Assembly: GCA_903813345.2 (NCBI GenBank)
Contig: CAIIXF020000001.1
Coordinates: forward strand, 19,716,001-19,780,000
Reading direction: 5' to 3'
Length of the DNA stretch: 64,000 nt
Origin: Owenia fusiformis
Lineage: Eukaryota
The number at the start of each line of letters is the position of its first letter. The first letter of the stretch is position 1. The position numbers and the translations under genes were made by a program. The notes below the pieces were generated by a model. The model searched no databases. It worked only from the letters and a program-made list of their open reading frames with translations, and had not been told where the DNA came from. Below, in pieces: positions 25,797 through 40,700 of this stretch.

Positions 25797-28700
25797 TCAA
25801 GGGTTACCATAGTGTGATTGGTCTGACATCACAGATATTGAGATTCCAGTTGAGTTTGTTCCATTCAGATTATCATAACTGCTCATCTGATCCATCCAAT
25901 AATTGAACCTGAGTCTTAGTTCATCGGCACATCGCTGATCCTGGACATTTTTAGAGACATGTTCTATGGAAGCTAGGTGGCGCCATTTGTTGAAAATGGT
26001 GGAAATGAGCTCTTTGTTCTCCTGGAGAGTCATGTGAGCAACAGTCTTGTGCTGGATGAATATATGTCGCCAGATCCGCCAAATTTTACGGTATACTTTA
26101 TAAACATACTGAAATTATGGAAAAAATAAATTATGGAAAAAATAAATATATATAGTTCAATCATACACTAAAAATCATTCAAACATTTTCAAAAACATTC
26201 AACCCCTTGTCAAATGAGTAAAAAAAAATATATGGAATTCAGAGCTGATACCATTGTCTGTACCTTTCACACATTGGAGCATTTTGTTCAAATATTCAAT
26301 TAATGTGTACTCACCACTTGACGTGCAGTGTGGGCCATATCAACCCTCCTCTTCCAGAGAGTGCCATACTTCAGCATCAGCTTCTGTTGTCTTTTCTCTT
26401 GCTGCCTTGTCACGAGAACCTCATTGTACCAAGCCTGAAGCACTAGTTTGCTGGAAAGAGGCAAGAAAATGTTTGTTACCAAAAAACACAAAAGATATTA
26501 TATGCTGTTTCTAAATGTATTTGTTTCCTTATGTAGGCTATTAGGCTAGTATTAAATTAACACTCAATTAGCTCTTTGAAATCATTATTGTTTTGGCCAA
26601 TTGTAAATAACCATCCATTGGAGGTAATTTTAGATTTTTTGTCAATTCCTTTATCACTAAGAGAAGTGCTAAGTAGTAAGCAGAAGCAGAAGATGGACAA
26701 AATGTGAAATGAAGAACATTTGAAAATGAAATATTACCACTGTTTTTGTTCATAATGATGTTGTGCTAACTCAGCCAGGTCATGGTCCATTCTTCTAGTT
26801 TCTTTCAAATCTTTCAGATACACACACCACGCGTTGAACATTCTAGCCAGCACAACCTTGCTATAGTGTTTCACAGCGAGGTTCTCTCTGTAGTGCTCTC
26901 TCCATGTGATGAAATATTTGGATATCAATCTTTTATTATGACGATGTTTAATTTCTTGGGATAAGCCAGCGTGAACTATGCAGATTTCATGTTTTGACTT
27001 CCAGGTTGTTAGAGCTTGTTTCATGAGGGACTGATCATGTTTTGCAATACAAACATTTCTGAGCAGATTCAGTTTCTTCTTTTTCACAATGAAACCATGC
27101 CATAATTGAATCACTCTAAAATAGGAAATGTATTTTTATTATATTTTGAGTATATATATGTAATTAAACTGTAATACTTTGTACTTTGTAAATACTTTGT
27201 AGGTAGTTTGATAACATACATACTCTGAAATAAATACTCGCACATTAAACATGAGCTCCAAACTATATGATTTGCCATATCCTGTTTCTGAGGTCTGAAA
27301 TAAAATTCGGCAAATAATACTATATTAGTGATATGTTACATGTACATCTCTTTACCTGGTCTGCAGTGTGCTCTGGTAATGTTTATTGACCAGTTGTCGC
27401 AGGTTGTATTCATGTTTCCATTGTTGTAGAGCTGTCCTTATTGTACACTCATTCAGGGCTCGTTCCAATGCAGCTTGACGCATCTTTCTGTCATATTGAT
27501 CTGAAAAATATCTTTATACTTGAGGCTCAGGAAATTATTTTTTTAGGAAATCAAATTATATTTCATCAAAATTTCCTGAAAACATAATTTCAACAATAAG
27601 TATCTTAGTTTCTAGAGAATTGGAGAATGTAAAAGTGACCATGATATAACAATGAGTTCACTTACTTCTAGTCCAGATGCACCAAGCCCTCAGCACCTTC
27701 CCCACCAATTGTCTATTGTGGTGGTTTGTTGCTTTGGTGTCATGACAACAGTCTCGCCAGGCAGTGAACTTGACCTGAACATTCACCTTTGACCTCATCA
27801 AAAGATGGCCTCGCAGCAAAGTTTCACGTCTCTCGGCTAGGAGATATTCGTTCTTCCAGATTCCATACGACACTGAGAGCTGGAAAATAAGTTATAAGCA
27901 TTTGTATAATTTGGATGTTGACAAACAGAATAATTATTCATCCCTAACAGATAAGTATATCTTACTTCTGGATTTTCCGTCTGATGTCAAACTACAACAC
28001 AATAAAGTGCTCAATGAAAACATTATATCAATTGCATTTTGAAAAATACACACAGAATGCAAATGATCGTCCTGTCATACTGTGATGTTTTCTTTTCTGG
28101 ACATTTGTTATTAGTTACAAGATTTTGGTTTCATTGGCAATTTAGATTTCACCTATATTACCTGTTTAAGATGTCGCTGCTTCAACAATTCTTTTTGTTT
28201 CTCTTTCAGCGTGTGTTTCCTCAATGTAAAGTCTCTCCAGCCTCTGAAGCACCTGAATCATAATGAAACTTTTTTATAGCATTGTACATGTAAATAAACT
28301 TAAAACCAATCATTTTTACACTATGTGTCTAAACATGGTCCTAAAAAGTCAACTGAAATCATTATACATTATACAGTATGTTACATGTACTACATAAAAA
28401 GCGTGGGAACCTACTCACTTTGAAATAATCTGATCTTGAAAATGATGTTTGGCATCTTCAACTTTCTTAGTATTATTGCACCACATTTTAAACAGTCGTT
28501 TAGTTGCCATAGTTTCCTGTATTTTCCTGAACTCATCTGCTTCCAGCCTCTGAACCTTACATAGCTCTGTTTTCTCACGCCATAGGTTACCCATTTTAAG
28601 CACAAGGATTCTCAGATTGCGTTGTTCATTAAGTGCTGCTTGCCATATACAGAACACCTATGAACATTAATTAACATATTGTGGTCATATATTTCTCTTT

Positions 28701-31700
28701 TTCAATGAAATGGTTTATGGGTACAGACACATAGACTTTTGTCTAGATGTATCTAAGACATACAATGTTTAGTATATAAAGATTTTTGTGTACAATTTTT
28801 AATCAAGTAAACTTTAAGACACAGAAAAAGAACACATAACACACCTTTGTTTTTAACAAAGCATTATGGAATCGGACAGCTCGAGAGGCTAGTGTCTTCT
28901 GATGCCAATAGGTGGCAATCTGAGCAACTTGTTGCTGCAACAATGCATCATGGTGATCTCTGGCCTGTTTCTGTGTAGCATACACATGGAACCAATGACA
29001 GAATGCACCTGCTAGACGTCTAGAGTTATGATGTCGGTGGAACAATTGCAGTTTCATCTCATTTTCCTTATCTTCAAGAACAGTGTTTCTCCATCCCCTG
29101 AGACATCTAAAATGACAAGGGATTCAATTTGTTTTAATTGCAATTTGTTTTTAATGATCATGAATACTCATGAATCAAATTACAACAGCAAATAACTAAA
29201 ATTGACTTGTCTCTAACAACAATTTATCCAGATTTTGAAATGATCAAGCTATTTATCAATTATGTGAACAAAAAAAGTTACCTTGCAAGTAAATTCTGTT
29301 CATATATTTGTCTGAGTCGCTGTAATTTATGAGCTTCTTGTCTCCAAAGTTGGAAGCCTAAGGCTAGGGACCGCATGTCAAACTTCAACCGCAGCACCTC
29401 ACCAACTTTACGTCGTGCCTTGCATTCTACAATAATAATAACAAGTTAGGCATGTCAAACACATTTCAGTTTCATGTTGATTTTGATCAAATATTATCAA
29501 AATAAACATTTCAGTTTATAAAAATGGTTGTTCATTCTCAAGACAATTTGCAATATAGATAGTATTAGTTGTTTATATTCTTATATAGTTATGGATGTAC
29601 TCTACCTGCAGACCAGTAGCGCCATCTTTGTAAAATATCAGACATACGATTTCGCCATGATTCCACAAACATGACATCAACCTGACACTTCTGAGAAAGT
29701 CTACGTCGCCATAAATTCAACATCTGAAATAATTCATGTGATAAATTAATTCATACCATTCGATTCATAGTGTATAACTAGGCATTGCTGAATATCATAA
29801 AAGCAACATTCAGATCTATGCACTTATATATACAATGTTTATATTGACTCTCTGATGTCATTACAATGACATATTAGTCACAATAAAAATTCTTACAAGT
29901 ACAATAAAACCTGAGTATTTAGTGGAATGCCTTTGGTATCTCAAAAATGTTCGACTTTGAAAAACTGTTCATATTTGACAGGATTTCGAAGAATGTTTCA
30001 CTAATGGAGCTGTTCCACTTGACAGATTTTACTATACTCATGAAACTTCACTGTATTGTCAGACCCAAAATATTTGTAAATAGTTAGGTACTCTACATAT
30101 ATATATTTTTTTTTCTTAAAGTTGAATGTATATGTCTCAAAAGTTCAAAATGGCCTGATAGCAAATTCAATAAGAACCTCACCCTTTGTTTAGTTGACCT
30201 CTCCATAAAGTCTCTAGCCTGCTCCCTTCTCTGAACTCGTTCAGCTACATATGTAGACCATGCTTGGAAGATTCGCTTACGAAGAGTATGTATGTAATAG
30301 CGCTTCACCTCAGACATCTGAGTAGACCTAGAATTGAGTATTATGTATTTTATTTGCATAAATAGTGTAATTGATACTATAAGACTTTTATAAAATGAAA
30401 GCTGTACTCAGAGCACAATTTGAACCATATACTGATGAAATAAATAACTAAAAAACAAAAGAACATTATCTTTACTATGTCCAATTGGACCCAAATCAAC
30501 TACTTCCTAAGTCAACTTGGCCTCCAATCAACAAATCCCCAAGTCAACTGCTACCTAAATCAACTGAAACTCAAGGTAACTCTGGTCCCCAAGTCAACTG
30601 CTTCATAATGTCAACTCATTTAGAAGTCAACTAGTCCCCAAGTCAACGGGTCCCCTTCTAACAACCTACCTCATAATCCAGGCATGCCAGCATTGCCTCA
30701 TTGTCTTTATGTTCAACTGCTGCTGGAAGTGATCCCCCAGCTTTGTGATGTTGGTGTTGAATGATGTGATATGTTGCCACACATCTAACACTCTCCCGCA
30801 CTTCTCTTTCTCTGCCAACTAGAAAAGTACAATGAATACACTGTATTGCCACTTTAACTATGATGACATTTCAACTGTTTACCAACATCATGACTCTACA
30901 TGGCTAACATATGCATTCTGGCATTCTCCATGTGGATTGTGTATGCTACACAGAAACAGGTCAGAAATCACCACAAAATATTGCTTTATCTTAAGATATT
31001 GTAAGAATCAAGGCTGGAACTATGGCAATTAGACCTTTTGACTCCCTAATCTCCCTATCTGCTCACAATGTTCAAATACAGCACCAATGTTCAAGATATT
31101 TCGAAGTAAAATAATTATGTTTTTTTTGTTCACTTATTTATAAGGTTGCACATTTAAACTAGTATTGGACAAAAAAGAAAAGCAAATTGTAAATAAAAAA
31201 AGATGAATATGAAGACAGTGTTGCACTTTATTTTTACCTTCTGTTTCCAGGTGTAGAATGTTGTAGTGAGAGTAAAATATCTGTGCTGGTCTATGGCTTT
31301 CAGTGTGTCATGTGTCTTCATTTGCCTCCAGGCTAAATATTGCCTCAACCCATCTAGACCCTTCTTTAGCAATACAGTGTTCTACAATAATACAATAAGT
31401 ATTGTGACAATTATGCATACATGCGGTATAATGTAAAGTAAAACCTGTCTCATCCAAAAGCCACTGGGACTGGCCAAAGGTGTTGGAAATGACAGGTGTT
31501 CACATTTCAAATGTATTTTTAACAGATTTAAAAATGGGATCAATTTCGAGTTCACATTGACAAGTTTTCAGAGTGGGAATGAGGGCATGTCATTTACAGT
31601 GTAGTGTTGTACGAAGCATGTAAAGTAATATGGTGACAAAAGAGAAAGCATGTTTGGCAACATATACTGTTTTCAATCACAATGTTGAGCTTCATGTATG

Positions 31701-34700
31701 CTGTGTATATAAAACCATGTATGAGGCTACCTGATAAATGAACTTAAAATTTAATAAAATAACAAAATGATTAACTAAAGAATTTGACTGAATATTCTGC
31801 CTGCACCTCAGGCATGCTAAATAGTACTATATGCTGTTTTTATGTGAATACTAAAGGCTTGCCTGATTTAACTAACTAAAGTTGAAGTATCCAGTCTCCA
31901 TGTTACTTACCCTGTGTTCTCTTGCCAGGACACAGGCTTTGTATTGGTATTTCCATTGTCTTAAAGTCTTTGCCAAGTAGGTCACTTTCCTCTGTTCCTC
32001 AAAGTCCTCTCTCATCAGTCTCATATCTCTGCGCCATCTTACATACTCCAACCACTGATAAAAGGTGGCACTCACGGGCCAATTACACCATCTATTGATT
32101 GTGTAGATCATTATATTCTGTAATGCAATTGTACAGAAACTTTCAGTTTAAAATTTAATGCAGAACCTTAGAATAAGTCTAGATAGAGAAACGGAGAAGT
32201 CAACATTTTTAAAAGCATTTAAGGTAGTTAGCGTGATGAGAATTCTAATAAGCAATGAAATGATATTTCTGTGGATATTCGCAGATCATGGTAGGATAAA
32301 AAGAAAAAAAAACAATCGTTACAAAGCTTGAAAAGTTTCCATACCTTGACATTCTTGTTGTTGTTCTCTATGTTGATCAAGAAAGGATCCGAGAAACTAC
32401 TGCTGCCCAGTGACAGCTTCTCGGTCTCCAAACAGACCTTCTCCAGGGCATATGACCTTTCATAGCTTAGTCTACGGTCCAGGCTCTGTCGACAGCCCAA
32501 GGAAAGTGATCTGTAAACAAAAATATTATCACATAATTTCAACAGCATCACCATGTCATTGATGAACTTAATTTATTAACCAAATTAAAAGTGTTGTTGT
32601 TCCTAAATTAAAATATTCAATTCGACATTTACATTGCCGAATTATCAACAATGGCAATTTCATATGTATTCTGTTGAACTGATTATAGAAATAAAACAAA
32701 AAACATTAACTAAAAAAAGACTCAACAAAAATGTTCATACTTGTTTGAGTTAGTTGATCGAGGTGTGGAGAATACATTGCTATATGTGTCATTCTCTGCT
32801 GCGTAGTCACTGAGGGGGCTCAGTCTGTCAAGGGGGTAGAAATTGTGTTTGGTCAAGGAGCTAAAAGAACCATGGATCGGGGAGGGAGCATGCATACTGT
32901 CAATTCCACTACTGCCTCCGTTCGAGTGTTGGGCTAGGATACCTAAAACACAAAATATGTCATGCTTTATTAGGAATACATTCTGTACATATGACTAATA
33001 CCAATAACTTAATGTTAACCATATAGATCAGCCTGTAGTTCTATAACTTTTTAAGCAATTCGGGTAACTGTGGATACTTCCAAAATATCTTAACAAAACT
33101 ATAACAATGTACATTTATACCATTTTGTTTTTAAAGAAAAGATTGGCCTGTAAAGTTGGAAAATATTTAAATCATATCTACCATGACTCCCATTGCTGGA
33201 GAACCTTCTGTCAGTATTGCTCTGGAAGCCGTTACTATGGAAGCCACTACTACTGACACTTGTTATATGCGAAATCGATGATTCCTCACTGTTGGTAGGA
33301 GAAGAAGCAGATGGCGCTATGGTAGAGGCAGGGGAATACTGGGACTTTTCAATCTGTGTCACCAGTGTCATATGCGACCTGTCTGATAAATGGGAGTTCT
33401 CCGATGACTTAGATGGTGTGAGTTGAAGTGATGCATTGCACAAAGCTGAAGAGAATGTCTGAACTGAGTCACTGTACATGGCTCTTGTGTATTGGTGCCA
33501 CGATTGGATGATGTCTCTAAGCCTCCTGCTGGCAACAACCCGCTGGTGCTCACTGAAATCATAATACAGTCATATAATCAAATACAGTGTATACTGTAAT
33601 GTTAAATGTGAGGCTGCAATTTGTCTACTATGTATATGGATAGAAATGACAGTACTGGTTGTTTAAAAATGAAAGATTATTAGACTTATAGGTCCCATTA
33701 ACATTTTATTTCAAAACTGACCCCATAGTTGGCCATGTGTATTTGTCATGTGAACTTTGTCAAACTGTTGAAGGGAATGAACAAAACACTTACCTAGCTA
33801 TTCTAGAGCCAACAAGTTGTCGTTTCCAAGTTTCAAATGTTGAGTGCACAAGGTGCTCATTCTTAGCTCTATCAAGACGATCCAAGAATTCGCGGACTTC
33901 TACTTTCACTGTATTTGCATTTGCTCGCCACCTATTGAAGTACTTGTGCATCAAATTGAACCGATACGTCTGTAAGAACGAAAGTTTTTTTGTGTATGAC
34001 CTCACTACTCATATAAAAAGTTAATAAAGATTGAAAAATTTATTAACATGTATATCCTGTACATTAATAATACGTGATTAGTCATTATCAAAACCCAGTC
34101 AGTCTTACCTTTTTTGCTTCCAGTTCAAATTTCACCATTTCCTTGTATGCTAATCTATTGCGCCAGACAGAGAACGCCCTCTTGAGGACCAAAGATAAAC
34201 TATGAGCCTTGAAGTCCTCACACATATGCCTCCTTTCGACAACACTTTTCCATGCATAAAGACACCTAGTGGCACATCCTCGAACTATAGCTATTGCAAC
34301 TTTTCTTTCTTTTTGCTTCATTTGATACTTCTCTCTGGAAATAATCAATCAATTTGTTAAAATCTATTTCATTCTTCCTACTTCATAAGGCCATATTACA
34401 GAGGATTGGCATTCTAAGATACATGTATTTTACTGCATACTTAAATGTACATAAGGATGCAACATTCTCATTTTACTATCTGAATCGTTTCACATGTACA
34501 ATGCTAATGTGGTCAATGATTCTGTACTTTTATTCCCATGTAACTGTAAGAACACGGAGCTCAATAAGATGAGGGTTGTCCCCATGAATGACTTAGTTTA
34601 AAATATTGCATTAGAAATAGCTTGAAACTTTCTGAACAGCCTGTGTACCAGGTGCCATTCAGTGGTTGTTACCTCCAGATGAAGAAGATATTCCTGGTGG

Positions 34701-37700
34701 TTTGATTCTGATGTTCCTCAGCCAATTTCTGGAGTCTCTGCTTCCTTGTGTGCACCTCTCTCCAGGCATCAAACACCCTGGAATAACAGGGACCAAGCAC
34801 AATTAAAACATGATTACCATTCAAAAAATTGGTAATCTCAAAATAATGTAATTCTTATATGGTCAAAATCTTTAAAAAACAAAAACAAAAAGATTTCAAA
34901 ATTTTGCTTCTTGGAAAATGTGTGGGCTTCAACTATCTAATGGTTAAATGACTCTCAATGGCCTCATATCAGGGTCAATGAAAGTACAGTATTTCAGAAA
35001 AGATGTTCATTTTGAAGTACTTGTACACAATAAATATAGGCATGAAACAGCAGTTTATATTGATGAATTTACAGAGTTGATCTTAATTCAGACTAGCTTA
35101 CCTAGCAGTAAGTTTCCTATTGACCCTGGTTCTAATAGGTTTAATGGTAAGGGCCTGTTGGGTCTGAATCCTCCATTTCGTGAAGATGTTACGCATGGTT
35201 GTACATTGCATGCCACGTTCAGCATCAATGGCTCTCTGGTATTGTCTCTCACACTGGTGTTTCGCTGACAACCATTTACCAAAGTACACTGAAATCAATA
35301 AGTCATTTTCATTATTTTCCCAAGGTCTCATTCTGTCAATATTTTCAATTTTTCAATTTATGAGAAATTGCTTTATTTTGTGATACAGATTATTGAAAAA
35401 TTGTACTTTATGAATTCAGATGATTTTAATACTCTATCAAAATGAGTTCAACTCGAATCAGGGGCCATTTCAAATTTTTATCTGTGTTTTACTCTATATT
35501 TGAAATGTTTCATATAATCTCAGATTTCATTAGTTAAAATATAAGAGGTTGTGAATGTCTAATGTGGTTTAATACAGTAGGTGCAGGGTGTAGCAGCCAT
35601 TAAAAGACAGTTGATAATAAACAATTTTTTTGTTGGCCTACCTCTTAGTGTATTTGTATCTCTATGAGGCTGGGTGGAAACTAGCAAATCATTAAGTCTC
35701 CTTATATGGACAACAGTGTGCCATCGATGGGCAGCTTTCCTGGAAAATGATCATATAAATGATAAATGAAAACAAAAAAAGATGGTAATCCGAATATATA
35801 TTTGAATCTAATCACCCTCTCCAATTTATGGCATATTCTCATAATGCATACAGATGTATTATTCTAGTACATGTACAAACATATTTGATATTGTGCTTAC
35901 ACATTACTAATGTATTTTATGTACCATTACTGGCATGAACTGGTTTAGTCTATATTGCAAATAGATTACACTTTTGTACCTTGCACAAGCCATTGACCAA
36001 TATTGCTGGGCCTTCTGTCTGTCCATGAGGAGATGCAGGTGGCTCACCCATGTCGCCAGGGCAACAGATTTCTGCCTCTGTCTCATTTTAGCCTGAAATT
36101 CCTCCATCTTACATCTGGAGCAAATAATGTACCAATTAAGTTACATCCATCAAAAATCATTAACAAATAAGAAAAAATTGAAAAACATTCTGATCAAAGC
36201 ATTTAAACACAAGTCCAACAAGGGGATCTTGGGGCAAGGCAATTATTGTCATTATGACATTAATGCGTAGCAGTATATATTAGAACAGAACTCAACGAGC
36301 CAAAAGATGAGTCAGTAATATAAAACTACAAAAAAGTTACAACCTTTTTGTCAGTATTCAGAAAACATCATAATGCTACTCCCAGTTACTTTACCTTTGT
36401 ATGTTCCTAATTTTGGTATACTCAGACCATCTACGGAGAAGTCCTCTGATATGTGCTCGCTTTAAAAGACAAATCCCCCTTTCCCTGGCAGTTCTCCTGT
36501 CTTGCACGTAGTGGTTCCAAGTTGCTAATGCTCCCTGCTTCAGTCGCAAACAGAGCTGAGCTTCCTGACGTTGTCTTTGAATTGTATTGCGACGCCATCT
36601 TAAAACCCACATCTCCAATGCTTTCCTGTTAAACACGTTGCAAAATTGTACCCTGTATTATGTACATATTGTGGAAACATTTGAAAGGCATGACTCAATT
36701 GTGAATTTGGTTAGGTAGGTACTTTAATAAAAAATGTGAATATCTCTTATTTAGGATTATGAGGTTACAAGTAAGTTAAAGAATAATTTCTGTAATAATA
36801 CAAAACTTACGATAATGTTATGTGTTTGGCATGGTTTTCAGCCCGTTGCATTAGTAACCTATGTGACCATTGCACCCAGCATGACTGTAACAGCGCCTTC
36901 TTTCTAAACTCTATACTACGACTATGATCCCGTACTCTCTCAGCCTTACTGATCCAAACATTCTGTTTCCATGACAGCAACACTCTATGCAAAAGCTGAC
37001 ACCTAGGGAGGAAATCAGGATAATTTGTAGTGATATTTTTTGAGGAAGGGGGTGATGTTGTAGTGGCAAGGAAAGCAGGGTGTGATAATATATCAGGAAG
37101 GAAGGAATCGGCCTGTCTGGGATAATATGAACAACAATGGGCATCATGATTTAGGAACTCATATCTTTGTTTAATTAGTACTTTGGGTGATCTCTCCAAC
37201 ATTGAAACAACAATGGACTTTCAACAGAGCTTTACATATTATTAGTAAGTCTATGCTACAATGTTACAGTGTTCTAGAAAACATGTGCTATTCTACTTAT
37301 AATCCCATTACTTTGGCTCAATGGTGAGTCAATATTTTATATTATACATGTCCAGGGTGGTCCAAAAAATGGGACACTCTTTCTTTTCAAAAATATAACA
37401 AAATGTACAGCAGCTATAATATACAGATTAATATAGGCAAATCTACTCACCTGCAATGCTCTTTGGCTATTTGATGCTTTTCAAATACAGTTTTCATTTG
37501 GCAGAATGTTTTTGTGGTCAGGTTATTTATATAGTTGACTCTGAAATGGCATTAATGTATTCACTAATTCACTGTTTATAAAAATATATTTGTGTCTAGC
37601 TGATTTACAAAGCTTTTGAGTGGACAAAATGTTCACACGATTGATTGTAAGATAGAATATTTGAATAAAAAAATATTGTTACATGATAAGACATCTTAAG

Positions 37701-40700
37701 AACATGGTAGACATACATACCTGGCCACTTCTTTCTGTCGTTTGTGCACAATGGCTTGCATTGTGTACGCCCTCCAGGCCTGCCACCCCTTTGTCAACAT
37801 AGACACTCTGAAAGTGACGATTTGTAGATAACAAGTGTGACTATTGGCTTTTCATGTGCATCATACGTCAACTATAGTAGCAACTGAATTGAAATTAAAG
37901 ACATAATGAAATTTTCAAAATATTCCTATGATTCTTGTCTCTTACTTGTGATGCAGAGCAGCCATGCTGTATTTCTGTTGTGTTTTGTACAAGTCCTTCC
38001 ACTGACAGTACGCCCTGCTCAACACTAATTTGTTGGCTGCACCTTCAAGCAATCGTTCTCGCTGCATCGCTAACTTAAAGTGCTGCCACCTATCAAATGT
38101 TGACCTCAGGATAACTTGATGACGTTTCTCTGTTTTCTCCTTCCACTGTAAGCAAAATGGTTGTGAATTATCATTTAGAAATTCTATATGATATGATGTA
38201 AATATATATCATATGCAGAGTCGAGCCTTTAAATATCCATGAGGTGAGGTCTTTAGAAAATTTGACTTTACCTGGAATATAAACAACAAAATACACAATC
38301 TGACTTTTATGTAATTATATTAGTACTCACCATGTAAAAAAATTTCTCTTTTAGAACATGTTGTCTTTCTTGATCCAAACTCTCATACAATGCCTTTGTT
38401 TTCTGTACAGCCCACTTCAAGCCATCAAAGCCCTTCCTAAGGGCATTGAGCCTATAGAGGGCAAGGGCTTCGAGGACTCTAGTTCGCCTAGCCTTAGCCC
38501 TCCAGAGGTAGAAATAATGAGCAAGTAACTGCTGACGACGCACCTCCTTCGCCCTTGAATTAAAAAAAAAATCGTTAATAGTACTAATTAAGGAGAAAAT
38601 AATTTCTCTCTGTACAATGGCAGAATCCCAATTCTTTAATCTTCATGTTAAAAACCTTGAATTGTGAACACCTGCCAATCTGAACACTTTTGGCTTGTTT
38701 GGCTTTCATTTAGATAGTTTATACTATATACACATTGCTAGTCTATGAAGCATATTACACAAGGCAGCTTTACATCATTGTTTATAAATATGAAAAGTGA
38801 ATGTTCAGCCAAATTATAAACTTACATATTCTGCATGTGTTCATGGTGAAGTCTGTCTGTCCTTATGCATCTCACATTGGTAAGCCACCTCCTGAACCAG
38901 CGAGCCTGAAACACACAAACATTATTTGGCATGAAATTAAGAGCAGCGTAGGAAGAATGTCACCACCTGGACTCCATCCAAAAAAAGTTGGGAGGCTTAT
39001 AACAATATATTACCATTTGTGGTGGTGACATAACAAATGATTTCAGACACCATCAGTTATATCTTGGATTGTGAATATTTCTGACATTAGAGACAAGTGT
39101 ATCTTCTTTCGGTCCATCCATCATCTAAGAAAAGTATATGCAATATAAGAACTTCTCAAGCAGAACATATCCTGTATTGCACTTCAAATCATCTAATAAA
39201 GTTTTTATCGTGTGATCTTAGGCCGACACATTTTACTCAGGAGATAATCCCTGAGAATTATTCTGTATTCTCTGTATTGCTACTGAGATTGTCCCCGCCT
39301 CCGTACCAATATTTTCTGTATTGCTATGTAGATGATCAATGGGGACAATCTCAGTAGCACTAGATTGGTACAGCACAAGAACTGACCAATCAAAGGGCTT
39401 CATTATACAGATCATACGATAATGATAATTATTGTCTATCAGAATCTTTTGATATGGAGGCTATAATAATCAACCAAATGTACTTTTTCAAAAATGTTAA
39501 CAGATATGGGGCTACCGAGTATTTAAACTTGATACTGAAAGAGTATATCTAAGGGGAACCTATGGATATAAATAACTTCTGAAGCCCTATATATATATGA
39601 GTATAATTATTTTGAGACTAATTTCATCAAATGATAATATCAAGTCAATTTCCAACCCTTTACCCTGTAATACAAAATGTGAAACACTCATCACATCATA
39701 TTACCAAGTTGGCAGACTTGCCAATACAATAGGTAGATTATCTTTAAAGGCATCTAGTCTATTGAAGCATCAATCAATGTCAGAACACATATATATTACA
39801 CATGTTACAAGGTGCATTATTATTATACAATATACATATACAATATTACCATGCTGTTTTACAACAAAGGCATATAATATAATACAAATCCACTGCTCTT
39901 GTGGCCAAGCCAGGATATTCATTAGATTAGAACAAAGCCACTGTACTGGTCAATGTCAACTGTATGAGATTATCATATCAAATACAATGGTCACGAGGCA
40001 TTCAAATTGGGCCATGTATAAATCTAGGCACACGCATTGACCTCAAATCAACAAACAAGAGTTCCCAAAATTGAAATTTATTAATTGTGTGTCATATATC
40101 ATTATTTACTTAATTTAATAAGGTAAAATGGAAGAAAGGATTTTCAAAATTTTCAACAATAGGGGAATCTAATTAAGTCTTCCTGAATAGGAATTTCAGT
40201 TAACAATGGCAAAGAAAATGTTGGCAAAACAAGGTCTGAACTTTGTATGAAAACAATTTTTATAAGGGGATATTCCCTAAGTCCATAAGTTCATAAAAAT
40301 TACATTTTTATTTGAAGTCTAAAATATCAATTCAACAATTAATGCACACGGTTTATACATTGGTGACAAAGGTATAAAAAGGCATATCTGCAGTGTAGTT
40401 ATAATACATTGAATACCAGTATGTGTATTGCAATATTGTGTGTATTCTGATTTATGAGAATGCTTGAGAGGGATAACACAAGCTGTTCTCCATGAGATTT
40501 CAATCCCTCTAAAGAGGCTAAGGATCCCACAATGTATCATGTGTTATCCAATCTAAAAAGTAATGCCTTGGTCACATTTGCTCCGATTTTCACTACGGCG
40601 CCAGGCCGATTGAGTATTTTGAGCAAATATTGAGCAAAACACTCAATCTTCCGGGCGCCGGCCGATGGATCGGAGCAAATGTGACCCAGGCATTATGCAG

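Noticed and set aside
30481-30656. Spaced repeat resembling a CRISPR array
   Set aside because: Units are ~19 bp, degenerate and lack spacers; eukaryotic intron with no cas genes.
36807-37202. 131-aa ORF as one exon
   Set aside because: Only 36811-37002 is bounded by phase-compatible splice sites; the rest is intron read-through.
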